NCBI RefSeq assembly: GCF_036321535.1
Contig: NC_087436.1
Coordinates: forward strand, 101,868,001-101,932,000
DNA length: 64,000 bases
Origin: Camelus dromedarius
Taxonomy: Eukaryota
Direction of reading: 5' to 3'
The notes below the pieces were generated by a model. The model made no database searches and had not been told where the DNA came from. It saw nothing but the letters and a program-made list of their open reading frames with translations. A program made the position numbers and the translations under genes. This document shows, piece after piece, positions 13,892-27,179 of this stretch. Each line of letters opens with the position of its first letter. Within the stretch, counting starts at the first letter, position 1.

Positions 13892-16800
13892 GCACCCACA
13901 GCTTTCATTTCTCACCAAAGCTTGGAGAAGTATATACTAACAGAGAAGTTGTATTTTAGGTTGCAATGAATGTCAATATATATTGTAGCCCTATTCTGTA
14001 GATACATTTTTTCTTTTTTTTCCCCCATAGTCCATGAGCCAAGGGAGGAAACAGATAATTAAAAGAAGGTAATGAACACACACAGGAACTGGGGACTGAC
14101 TCATCTCTCTCCTTTCATTACCTCCTGGCATTAATACTCTCATTGAAAATGTCAGATTTTGAATACTTGTTATAATCATTTTACCAACCTGTTAGTAATG
14201 CCTTACAGATTATCTGTTTTAAAATGGAGAAATACAACAAATTTCAATGAGTTGGTAGTAAGATTTAAGTGCCAGACATGTTCTACGTGCCGGCTCTAAC
14301 AGCAAAGTGAGTAATTTTTAACATATTGTACATAATTTAGCAAAAAAAAAAGTTGGCCTTGGGATTGTCATTGCTATTAGCATACTTGAATTTATGTTCT
14401 ATTTTTATTTGAAATTGTAAAACATTTGTATGCAAAAAAAAAAAAAGATTCTAAATGATGCAGAACAGGTTGAACTGTCACTCTGACAGTAAACAAGATC
14501 TGAATCAATGTAAGTTTCTAAGATGTGAATCTTCAACCTTAGGGCCCAGAGGCAAGTGTGATCCAAGTGACAAAGGGGACTGTAAGTATTAGATGAGCTC
14601 CTCAGAACTCTAATTAGCTCATCAGATTGTTCAGTTGTTACTTCCTATTATTTTATGCAGTAGTAAGACCATAGGTGATGCATGTCCAGATGATTACAGC
14701 ATGCCTCTGGTGAAGCCGTGAAGCAGAAGTCAGAAGAAAAGGTTACTGTTTCTTACCAGAATTGCAATAATGACTTCAGAATTCACTGCCTGGTGTACCA
14801 TCTTGCTATCATTATACAAATAATAAAAATAAGTCAATGGACTTATTCTAGGGTAATGCATGACATGACTGACAGCCAATTATAAAGTTTGAATTGTTTA
14901 TCTTGAGTCGCATTCTCAGTTCTTCCCTAATACAATTTCTTCCTGTGTCTACTATGGTTAAAAAAGTACATGCTGGATAAAAAATTTCTTAGAGATCAAG
15001 TTTTATTATTGCTTTGGCCATCAAAAATACTTCTTCTTTGCTTCTCTGTTTGCTCATTTAGTTTGCAAAACCTTAGGCTATAAGAAAAAATTGCATAACA
15101 ATATTACTGCTATAACCCCTTTTGACTAGATAAATCCCTAGCTACACAAAAGAAAACCAGGATGAACTAAAGGTTAACAGAATCTTCTTAAATTTGATCA
15201 CCAGATGAATAGAAAATAGGAAAAAAATAGGACAAATAGATGAGATGTAATACTGCTCAATTTCTATAAGGACATAAGGAGAAAGGATATAATGATCTAG
15301 TCTGGATCCTATCCAGGAAACTGGGTTTAGCTTCACTGATCCCAATACAAATTGTCACTATATTTTCAAAATCATGTGATTTGTCTCTTGTGAAGGACAG
15401 ATATCAACATTAGCACATTTCCTTTATAGCCTTAATAGTACATTTAATCTTTCTTCCTGACTTTACCTAATGGGTCTGAATAACTTCATTGCAGTTAAGA
15501 AAATGCAAAGTTAATTAATTCTTTCTTCTATAATACAGTAACAATTTTATAACATTTGGAGAGTCTGGAATGTTTTTACAAATTCTACACTAAAGAGATA
15601 GACTGACTTCAGCTCATAGCATCATCATAATGTAAAAATTATTACTTGACCATACAGGGAAGGTGAAATTTACATTGTAGTTACATTTTTAAAATAAAAA
15701 AATATTTTATTTTCTGTATACTTCTGTTAAAATTAGACCTTAACTAGTATCGTATTCTCATTTAACTATTAAAATAAAATAAATATTTATTGGTTGCAGG
15801 GCATTATTTTGGAAAACTAAAACATGATTTTATTGAAACAAACCATGAAAAATAATATAACAATTTGGAGTTATCCTAAGCTTAGTTCAAATGATTAATG
15901 TCAATGGAGGGGAGTAGAATGATCAAATCCATGAATCATATTGCTTATGTTCTTAGGACTCTGATTCTTGCACCATCATCTTTGCTTTTCCCTCATTATC
16001 AGAAAGGACTTTTGCAATGTTCTTGCTCCTGGCTCCAAGTCTATTTCAAGTGTCCAAGTTTGTCAGAAAAATGTTTGATGACAAAGAGTGTGCCTGCTAG
16101 TGACTCTATCTCTAATCTATCTTAATAGTCTCTTTGAGACAATAAATAATATTGAGATAAATGATTATGAGGTGCATTAAAAAGCAGATCTAATGGTGAG
16201 ATTTGGGCAAGATTAAAGGGTGGTGATTTTGAATAATGTTTCTGAGGTCCATAGTGACTCTCATCAGGAAAATAAATAAACAAAAATTCAAGGGAGGGTT
16301 TTAGCGATGATGTACAAAGAAGGATCCTACAATATGAGAAAACTTTCCTGTGGAATCCGGTTGATTCTAAATTGGGTAAGAAGGGAACAGGCAATTCTTA
16401 CAAAAAGACTCTGTGTTACAGAGTACCTTGGTCCTCAGGGAAATCAGAAACCAACCAACCTGCCTGAGAATACACTCCTCTAGGTGTGTTTGACTCCCAT
16501 CTTGGCTCTCATGGAAGCCTGAAGTTATTCTTGATGTGTGCTACTTTGGATCTATACCTCTGAGACTCAGACAAAAACACTCTTTGTAGTTTCAGGTGAA
16601 AGAAAAAAAGATCCTTAGCTGTTAAAATGAGGCAGAGCTTCATTATGACAACTTGGAGGAAACAGATTCAGTAACAAGTATAAGCAGCCGGGTAAGTGTG
16701 GTTGCTTAATAAGAGTGTCCAAAACTACCAATTTTTTTCTATTTTATTCATTTAATGAACACATCTAAGTGACTTACCATTATCTGGAACACAAGGAATA

Positions 16801-18979
16801 AAGAGATGAAGTAAAGTAGCTGAGGGCATATGTCTGATGGGTGACAAAACTAGGAGGCTCAGACAATCCAGCTTTAGAGTAAATCCGTAATTCATCACCA
16901 TCCTATGCTATCTCCACACTGAATAAAGATATTCACCAAATAATTTTTTCTAACTTTTCTTTCCCTTATCAGTAAATCAAGGCTAAAAAAAGTCCCTATT
17001 ATCCCTCTCAGTTAAAACAGTGCATGTAAATGCAATTCATAAAGCACATAATATTGTTCATAAAAATAATTATAATGGTAAAGATTTATTAATTTATCAT
17101 AGTGGACTAAGTACATTGGAAAGCATTATGCATTATTTCATTTACTAAAACAATTCTATGACCTTGAAAGTATAAGTATCACCCTTTTTACAGATAATGA
17201 AATTTTTCTGTAATTGCAATAAATGTTTATAATACATACTTGTACTTCTTCCAGTGTTAAACAGAAAGTACTCTAAAACAGAGATTTTCAAGAATAGTGT
17301 TATTATACACTTGAGTGTCACAATGAGTTTTGCAGCATTGCAATTAAGTTGTTACTACTAATAATTAAGTTTCCAAATTTCTCTATTGATGTACTCTTAA
17401 CAATATAAATTAGATCAAAAATGAGTTTATTCCTATAATAACCTTAAAATTTTTCATTTGTATCCTGATATGCTTTTTTTGAATGGAAGAAAAATAATAG
17501 AGGAACAACTTGATGCTGGAAATTGTGTACATTAATATATCACATCAAAGGAATTATTGCATAAATTATATGTTGATGAACAAAAAAGTATAAAACCTGT
17601 AAAGGGCATTGCATTGCTTCTTCAGCCCTGTTTCTCTGATATTTATGTGCCTAACAACTATCTGGTACTTTTATCAGTTCTTAATAATCTTTAATATGTT
17701 CAATCAGATTAAATTTCAGACAGCTTATAATTGAGTACAAACTGCAATAATAAGCAAAAGACCTAGTATATCACAATATACTCATTTAAATATTTATAAT
17801 TATAAATTAGAATATTATAAACAATATACTTTATAATTTGCTCATAATTAGAACTTTCAACTAACGTTTTAAAGATCAACTTTTTTTGTGTTGTATTAGG
17901 TTCTGCAAATGTGCTCATGTTGGTCAAATTCTAATTGGAAAGACAGGTTTACATTTCATAGTATAAGTACAAGAATAGAAGGACATCTATATATAGATAG
18001 AGTTAGCCCAGCAAAGCGAATGATTAAGGCTATTTGAAAACCTCATGATATGCTTCCCTAAGGCAGTGATGTTGGGATGAATTTCATTGAATGGCCAGTA
18101 ATTTCACATGTAGTTAAAACTGAAATAGCAGTAATAGGAAAGAGATTTTATGGTTTGTTATATTTTAGAATAAAAGCAATACTACACTTTTTTTTTTTTT
18201 TGACTAACCTTCGTTTGGGCTACAAAATCATTGGATAATCTTATAAAAGCGAAGAATACCCTCCCCCAATTACACACACATACGTGACTTTAGAGTTGTG
18301 CACTCATGTTGAAGGCATTTATGGACAGGGTGTGGATGCCCACCCAGGATGCTTTCCCCAGCTCTGAAGTTCTTGACATTAAAAGAAGGCTTATGGGAGC
18401 AGAGTAAATGAGATAGAAAACCATAGGGCTTTCTTGATCTTCATATATCTCGATCCCCACTTCTCCCTTAAAGAACCAAACATACACACACTCAAATTAT
18501 TCTGTTTTCTACCATAGTTCAGCTGCTCCAAAAGTTTATTTCATAAAACTTAAATCAATTCACATTGTGACTCTGCATAAAGACCTCTACTGGCTCCATA
18601 ACGTCCCCAGATTTAAGCCCGAACTTGAGAACATGGTGTCTGGAACAAGTATATGTATGCACTGCGTGGGGTGTATTGTGTGGTGCAGTCTGACTCGGCG
18701 TGAGTTTTCTGCTCTTACACATATTCTGTTAGAGTCACATTAAAACTTTAAATTCCTCCCTCTGTATGCCCTATCTTTTCCAAATTCCATGGCTTTTTGA
18801 TCAACCTACCTGGAATGCTCTGACTAGCTTTTTGCCTGATAACTTCACAAATCTTTTAAGGATAAATTTCAGAGTTTGCATTTTACAACTTTTGATATTT
18901 TCCCACAATAGTTGTTGCATATTCCGTTTTGTGTTTTTTCCCTTTTTCCTTTTTCTTAAATTTTAGATTTGGAAAATTC

Positions 18980-19675
18980 TTACCCTGGTCTTTTTGCAGT
19001 TACTGATGAATCCATCAAAGGTATTTTTTACTCTTCCTAATTACAGTTTTGATTTCTAGCATTTCCTTTTGATTCCTTCTCAGAATTTCCATCTGTCTGC
19101 TTACGTTACACATCTCTTTTGCACATCATTTACTTTTTCCATTACAGAACTTAATATATTAATCATAATTATTTTACATTCTGTGTCTGATCATCTCAAC
19201 ACCTGGGATAAAGTTGTCTGGTTCCTTTGTGCTCTGACAAAGCCCTTTCCACTACAGAGTAGGCGTTCCCTGTGGAGAAGATTCTGGGATTGTTTTACAA
19301 TGATCATTTGCCTCGTCTGTCTCCTAGAAGCACAAGGAGATTTTTCTTGAATCCCAACCTGGTGGAACTCTCAGACTATGGGTTCCCGAATTTCTGTCTC
19401 TCAAGTTAGTTCACACAGTCTCTAGCAATTTGTTAACATTACCATTCAAGCATTCCTACCACCTAAGACATCCAATGGCTTCTGTTCTTAGTAAGTTAAT
19501 CATGGGGGCTGTATCTCTCTCTCCATGCACCAGAGTCTCCAGATTTGGGAACGGTAGTTTTCCTGCAACAGTTCAAGAAAAATCATTAATTTTCATTTTG
19601 TCCCATTTTTTGTTATTGTAAGTGAGAGTGGTGACTTTTAAGCCTTTATATGTTGGAGTCGAAACTGGAAGTCCA
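18980..19675 (-). mobile_element. Old L1M (L1MC/MD-type) 5' end and ORF1 start
   Basis: Ends in ...gagtcgaaactggaagtcc, the reverse complement of the ggacttcc L1M 5' terminus. Also carries antisense L1M blocks such as tttgatttctagcatttcc. Confidence 0.7.
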
Positions 19676-19802
19676 CAGTTGCTTTTTAATCTTCCTCAGT
19701 TCCTTGATAAAGGTGGCTATCCATGATGGTCTCCTTTACTAGTCATACTAACAAATTCCCCCTTAACACTGCTCAGTTATAGATGTAAGATGTGTATTTT
19801 TA

Positions 19803-20251
19803 TGTAATGTGGCAATAAAGACCACTCAAATGAGAAAAAGCTGAGGAAACTTATTCAGAGCTTTCAGGGGAGTCAGCCTTCATTACTTCCATTTGGTAGA
19901 ACCTCAAAGGGAGGCAGGCAGTGTGGAATCTCCACGGTGAACAAAGGGAAGCCTTCAGCTCGGTTCTGATTGGAGGTTGTTGGCTGGGGAAGCTGGAGGC
20001 TGGCCAGTAAACAAGGGATCCTGTATGATTGGTTTGGGGAGCATATCTGGCTTCCTTTGGTTGGTCCTGGAATACAAGTGGGGGCAAAAATTAAAGAAGC
20101 TGGCCATTATTGATCAAGTTTTGACCATTTGGGGTTAATTGCTCTAAAGGATTGGTTTGGCTTCCTGAACTGGTTACTGCAGAGGTTGTAGGCTAGATTT
20201 CCACTTTAACATATATTCTGGTCACTGTCCTTTAGTGCATTTGGTCTCTCT
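19803..20251 (-). mobile_element. ERV1 LTR (MER90/MER110-like)
   Basis: Repeated gattgg (CCAAT antisense) and ggcttcctgaactggttactgcag blocks. Ends with ...tggtcactgtcc...ggtctctc. Confidence 0.65.
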
Positions 20252-21239
20252 GTCAACATCATCCAACTCTTTGTGGGCAGGGTCTTGTTACCTTTCAAGT
20301 GACTAGTCCAAAGTTTATACATGCCGAATGCAAATAGTTGAAGGCATGAATTTGTTCATTTCAATACTTAATTGTATTGTCACAATAACATGGCAAGTTT
20401 ACCAAGGTTAATACTAGTATGCCAACTTCTTTTAGTAAGAAACTGGAACCTAGGAAATCATATGATTTCTATTAAGTTATATGTGTTATAAATATTAAAA
20501 CAGAACACTAATCAATTTCTTTTCTAGTTTCTATTGATCGTGTTTTTGGTTTAATGTTGTCTTTAATTTTTACCCCTGATACATTAGCTTTACAATTATT
20601 GTATGCCTACTCTATGCCAGTCCCAGAGACACGTGTACTCACTGTCATTATTTAAATTAATCTAATATCTTAATGATGTTTACACCTAAAACTATTTACA
20701 TATAAATCAAGTACCTTTAAATTTCACCAGATGTTACGTCCATTTTTAATTTAAAAAGTATTTGATTATTTCCATTAAAATTTTAACCATTAATACAAGA
20801 CAGTATTATACATTATTCTTGACCTTAACTATTTTTAGTCTAATTTTTCTTGAGACTTTTATTATGGGAAATGCTGTATATTATATAGAAAATGTTCACA
20901 GTCATCTATTCCATATCTGAAGAACATTTTCCCCTTTGTACTATATAAATCATGCCTTTCCCCCTTCCATTTTCTTTCCTTTCCATCCTCTCCTATCCCC
21001 TCAAATATAATATATCTTTCTAGATTCCTCCATTAATGCAAGGATATGACAGATTGAGAAAATCTTTTCAGCATAATATACCTAAAAACAACATTAATAA
21101 GAATCACGAATACAATACACAAATTAAGACTATGTGGGCTTTGCTATTAGCTCTTTAGTCTCCAAACACTGTTAATTCCTGTGTTTCATTAAAATAAGAC
21201 TGATGTAAGCTTGTTGGGTATATTTATTTATCTGTAGTA

Positions 21240-22130
21240 TAACCATGACTTAAAACACTGCAAGGGCTTCTCTTTTATTAACTGAGTTTGTAGAAGATGT
21301 CCCAGGAGAGAAGAGATTGTAATATTAATAGCAAATACAGACCAACAAATTCTCATATTGATTGATTTATCTTTCAGATCTGTAAAAATCACCCATTCTG
21401 TGCATCCCTGGGGCAAGCAAGTGATATAAAAAATGCAAACATTTTGAGCCAAAACAAATAAAAACCAGCCTTGCAACTCCATTTCATTCAAAAAGCTTCC
21501 TCTAAAAATTAGAAAAATCTGGTTTAGAAGAAAGCTTGTGCTCCACTCCCAGAGGTTAAATGACATTAAATTTCAACAAATAGAAGGAACTATACAGCCT
21601 GAGGACTGTCCTTGATCAAATACCCAATATCCATTCCATTTATTGTAAACAGGTAAATTCTTGTTAATCCTAGATTGATTGAAAGCAGCAGGAAACTTGA
21701 ATATGCAATTCAAGCTGAAAAGACTGCTCCTGCAGGCACACTCAGAAAAACGAATGCATTTATTTTCAGTAGGCTCAGTATTGGTTATAGGAAAGCAGAG
21801 AAATACATATGTGACTGAACCACAGATAGAATATCCAAGAATACCTGTTTTCTTTTCAAGAAGATTGAAAGAGTAAGGGGAACATTTTGAAAAATGTATA
21901 ATATTTGTCCCCAGATGGTCAGAAAACCCAAGAGTGATTGACTCTGCTATCTCAGAAAGAAGAATCTGGTGACTTTTTTTTTTCATTTGGAAGAAGTCTG
22001 CCCTTCTTTCAGACTGAGCCATGAGGGAGGTGTGACACTTGCAATCTTATGTTAAATATTCTGGGCTGTGGAAAAGAATCTTGGTTCATAGAATCAAAGA
22101 GCAGAAACTGAAGACAGGAATTCAAAGTCA
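21240..22130 (+). mobile_element. Possible ancient Gypsy-type LTR retrotransposon remnant (integrase region, PPT, start of 3' LTR)
   Basis: The plus frame from 21301 gives stop-interrupted motifs in integrase order (TDQQ..HPWG..W..SNTQYPFHLL*TG..FSVGSVLV..PRIPVF), followed by purine tract GAGGGAGG (22023-22030) abutting TGTGACA. Confidence 0.4.
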
Positions 22131-25100
22131 AAATAACAAGTCTGAAACTCTATATAATAAAAATAGTGTAAACTACTTAGAAATATTCATAGGTGCCACG
22201 TGTTATTCTGAGCACTTTAGGTATCATTACCCTCCCCATTTTATAGATGAAGAAATAAAAGCTTAAATTACTGAAGATCATAATGCATTATGTAATGATT
22301 AAAGCAACCAAGAATAAGCCATATTAAAGAGAGAAAAGAGGTTCTGAAGCCAGGAAATTATATAATAAAGGGCAAAGGAACGTGAAATTAGCTTGCAGCA
22401 ATTCTGGAAATAGAATGTAGGAACTTAGAAGGCTATTAGCAAGTAGACATACAGAAAAAGATAGTAAAAAGTATCATGTCCATTAGCATAGTTTTTTGTG
22501 ACATCATTTTGTATACATCACAACTTGAAGATAATGTATCTATAAATGATAAATCAAAGTCATAGAGAAAGCAGTCTATTCATTTTTGTGAGCTTCTTTA
22601 AAGTGGAAAAATAACACAATGATATGTGGGGGTCTGCCCTTTTTCTGTTCATGGGCAACAATGGTTAATTGATTCTAGTAGCAGAATGGTTCCAAGTTTG
22701 CAGATATCCTAAACTTTGTTTTTATCTATTATGAAATGATTCCAAGTGTTTGTTATGGGGCCGGCTTGAATTTATTGGTACTTGAATCCAAGGAGACTAG
22801 AAAAACATATTATGTTAATTTTCAAATAATCATTTCTAAGAAAGAATTGAAAAGATAATGTTTTATGATTTCAGTTCCAGATTTGATTTAGATATTTATT
22901 AGCTATTTGAATTTGAACAAGATGTATGATCTATTGTTGGCTCTGTTTTTATTTGACAGGAGATGAGGATACTGCCTAATATATGGGGGGATGCTGTCAG
23001 AAGTAAGTGATAGAAAGAAAGCCAAAAACTTTATACATTTTAAAGAACAGATATACAGTAGTTATTATCACACTGAAAATATTCAGTGATTTTACTAACC
23101 AGATCTGAACAGTTTCTGGAAACTTCTAAAAAGCAATGCCTTTATTTAAAGAAAGAAAATAGAATGGAAAAAAAACACATAAGAGAAAGATGTGTTGAAT
23201 ATTTTGATATAGCCACATACTCTATACATAATACATTCTAGTCCTCTGGTTTGTCTGAAAAGCAGTTGGTCACATGTAAATTTTTAAGGATCTTAGAAAT
23301 ATGACATCCTCCTGAGAATGTGCTATAGCACAATTGAAATTTTTCTTCTGGAGAACAAAGCTAAGTAAAGAAAATGAAAATTTACAAAGAGAAGAGAATA
23401 ACGTAAGACATAAGTAAGCAGTGAGGTAAATATTGACTCCATATTTATACAGAAGAGGATGCAGAGATGTAGAAATTCCATCCAAAATCTCCTTGGCACT
23501 ATGATTATTGCTTTAATTCAAAAGACATTCTAGTCTATGAAAGTCCATAAGTAGAATAAGTTTGAAATATCGGGCAGCTGATTTTCGGGGACAAAGTTGG
23601 ATTTTTTTGTTCAAGATCTAGTCTATTCAGTCACTGGTGAATAGTGGAGTAGAATTTGTTCTTTTAGTTACAAAGAAGCAAACTTCCTTCTCAATCTCAG
23701 AGTTTGTGCAGCTACTTTGGATACTCAATGATTATGCTTTGTAGAAAAGTTAGAAGGAAGTTGAGAAAGTAATTCAAAAAAGTTACTGCCCCCCGGTACC
23801 CCTGGCAACTATATAAAGTCAGCCAGGAAAAATTAAAATGTTCACTAAGAATTAGAGTGAAAATCAATGTTGATATTAAATTAGTGTTTTCAAGTTGAGT
23901 GAAATTTTTTTGGATAAAACTTGAACAGTGAAATTATGTTGACCTTCATTGAGAAGAAATATTGAGTCCAAACTCTCTAAATGTTAACTTTTGAACCAAA
24001 TTAGTGTTTAGAATGATTATAATAATTTGATGTTTCTGCTAATAGTTTTTGTATAACAGCAGCATATTTGACCTTTTTAAAATGTCAGAAATAATATTTA
24101 ATATTAATATGCTCCTCAGCCACTTTAAACACTCAGGTAATATTTAATTTTAAAAATAATAATCTTGATATTTGTGCTCAAAATGTCATCATATATTGCT
24201 TGAAGGATGATTCAATGTCTCTCTAAAATTGATGAATTCAAATATTTCTTCCACAAAGTGGTTTAGAAACTGGAATGGATAAAAGTAATTTATTTTGTAG
24301 AAATCAAGTAGAACCTGCTCCACATAATACAAAGTACAATGAAACTCCATTATATTAAGGGCATTTTTTTTTTTTTGGAACTAACAATAGTTTAGAGAAT
24401 GAATGGTTAGGAAGAAAAATCTATATCTTAACTTTGGCAACAGAACCTCTAAGTGAAAATTTCTCAGGAACACTGTAACAGTGAAACTCAGGAGAACATT
24501 ATTAAGCTGAAATGTCAAGTCGTTTTTGTCTTTATATAAACAATATATTGCGTGAGTCAGGAATCTGTAGGTTAGAGTCTGTTCCTCTTTTTACTAGTTA
24601 TTACCATAAACTCGAATTGGGCAGCTATATCTGGAACAGATTAGACTATTTCTTACAATATGGGTCATTTGCACAGCTTGATCTTATTTTAATATTACTT
24701 TGGGTGGCAAGCATTTTAGAAGAGCAGACATATAGTATTTTAAGAAACTCATACGAAGTAGTCAGAAATATTCCTTTCATATATCTGACACAAAGAGGAT
24801 TTTTTTTTTTCAAGAAAACTTCTGTGTGGTGTCTTTTTTTTTTTTTTTATTACTATAAATGTTGTATCAGGAGACGTCTATGTGGCATTTGTATATATCT
24901 TGAAAGTCCTTGTGGGGTAGGACTATTAGCCAAACTCTCTCAGGTGTGGGGATTAAATGATGACATTCATGGTTGCATTTGGTATAGAAATTGGTTCATA
25001 ATAGATGCCCCAGAAGGAAGAAGCAAAGGCTCTGAGAGGCAGTGTTGACTACTCGAATGAGTTCCAGCTTGAAATGGGGCACAAGACCTTGCTGGCTACC

Positions 25101-25204
25101 TGTCTTTACAAATGAGTGATAGTATGGTGCAGGTAACATAGTAAATTTACACTTTGACAAAAAGAGATTTTGATTATAGTGTGGAAAATTGTATCAAAGA
25201 GTTT

Positions 25205-25440
25205 TGTGTATCATTAGTGTTTACTATTATTTTGGTTTCTCCTTCTCTGGACATACTGTAGGACAACACTTCCTGACAATGCCATGTGAGCAGAATGATG
25301 CCAGTCACATCCTAGTGGAAGTGTAAGATCCAAAGCACAAGTGACCGCTTTCCATTCCCCTGCCATTGACTGCAATGCTCATGATTTTTGGAGGGTCCAT
25401 GACTGTAAATCCCCATGTAAAGACTGTGTGGTGAGGAAGT
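25205..25440 (+). mobile_element. MLT1I-like MaLR 5' LTR (partial)
   Basis: tctggacatactgtaggacaacacttcctg...gccatgtgagcagaa...gtcacatcc...ggaag matches the recalled MLT1I layout. Confidence 0.6.
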
Positions 25441-26235
25441 TAGTGTCTACAAGTGTGCAGATGCAAAAATTTGTAGGATTGTCTTAAGACCTTGGCAGTG
25501 GGCACCAAGAAAATTGGTGTTGAATATTGGAAAAATGGCAAGCCATGTTCTTAGCAGAAACCATCTTATAACGAACGTCTCTGCAGAAATGTGTGGTTCT
25601 GCCGGTTATCTTAAGTAATTAATTTGGAGGATTATACTAATTCAGAAATCACAGTTTAAAAGTGTGCAAGGCTTCTTTAGCTGCAGTTATCAAGTAATTC
25701 AAGTAGAAGTTGGGTGTAAAAATTAATTAGCTAATTAGTAAATAGGAGTGAAAAGGAATAGAGAGGTTCCATGTATTTGGAGACCTCTAGGAATCAGAGT
25801 CAACTGATTCTTAACCATAATAGTTAAAAAAATAAAATAGTTGAACTTTCACAGTTGGAAAGAATAATTTAAACTTAGCCTTCAGGGAAGGTTCAAATTA
25901 AGGGTATTAGATAAACATCTAATTGAATACCTGTAAGGAGCAGAATCAGGGCCAAAAAAAGAAATATTCACCATTACAGCTGGATGTAAGGATTTCTGTA
26001 ATCCTCTGACTGTTCTGAACTATATATTCTTACTATTTATGAATCAGAAAGAGTTTGGGGTTTATTTTAATTATTCTATATCCCACTCTACCATTGCAGT
26101 TTCTGCAAATATCCTCACTCTTTAGTTTATGAGTTTCTTACATCTCTTGGAGATCCTAGATTTTAAACTTTCAATACTTTGACTGAGTAGACCCTTGGCT
26201 TACTGCTCTTGTGTTTGGTGAGACTTAATGTTGGT
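25441..26235 (+). mobile_element. MLT1 internal region (decayed)
   Basis: tggaaaaatggcaagccatgtt...gcagaaaccat resembles the MaLR-int 5' part. Lies between two MLT1I-like LTRs. Confidence 0.5.
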
Positions 26236-26253
26236 GTATAAATAAGTTAGAAA

Positions 26254-27143
26254 TCATACAGTCTTTCTGAATTATTTCACTTAGCATAATATTATTGAGG
26301 TCCATGCAGGTGTTACATGTGGCAAGATTTCATCTTTTTATGGCTAAGTGGTGTCCTATCTATCTATCTATCTATCCTACATCTTCTTTATACATTTATT
26401 TCTTGATGGGCAGTTAGGTTGTTTCTATATCTTGGTTATTGCAAACAATGCTGTGTTGAACATAGGGGTGCATATATCTCTTTAAATGAATGTTTTACTA
26501 TTCTTTGGACAACTATGCAGAAGTGGGATAACTGGATCATATGGTAGTTCTATTCTTAATATTTTGAAGACTATCCACACTGTTTTCCATAGTGGCTGCA
26601 CCAATTTATACATTCCTATGAACGTGTATGAGGCCTCCCTCTTCTCCACATCTTCACCAACATTTGTGATTTCTTGCATTTTTGATAATAGCCATATGAC
26701 AGGTGTGAGTTGATATCTCATTGTGGTTGTGATTTGCATTTCTCTGATAATTAGCAAAGTTAAACATCTTTTCATGAGGCTATTGGTCATCTGTACGTCT
26801 TCTTTGCAAAATATCTACTCAGCTCCTCTACCCATGTTTTAATCAGGTTGTTTGTTTTCTTGTTGTTGAGTTGTATGGGTGATCTACATATGTGGGATAT
26901 AGTGAAAAAAAAAACAAAACAAAGTAAATACATAAGCCAAATCAAATCAAAACAAACACAGAGTTATAGAGAACAGAGTAATGGTTACCAGAGGGAAAGA
27001 AGTGTATGTGTGTGGGGGCGTATGCTGATGAATAGAAAGTAAATTTTTGATAGTGAGCAGACTGTATACTATACAGAAGTAGAAATATAATAGTGTACAC
27101 ATGAAATTTACACAATGCTATACACCAATGTTACCTCAATAAA
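26254..27143 (+). mobile_element. 5'-inverted L1 (antisense ORF2 C-terminus 26254-~26900; sense 3' UTR ~26905-27143)
   Basis: ORF 26482..26790(-) is L1 ORF2 C-terminus ([18 protein letters not shown]...[11 protein letters not shown]). The sense 3' UTR ends in accaatgttacctcaataaaaaa. Candidate 14-bp TSD at 26240-26253 / 27144-27157. Confidence 0.88.
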
Positions 27144-27179
27144 AAATAAATTAGAAAAAAATGGAGAGCTATTCAATTG

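Noticed and set aside
24512..25048. Longest single ORF (178 aa, +)
   Set aside because: Runs through poly(T) tracts giving FFFF stretches. No recognisable domain and no exon boundaries; consistent with chance.
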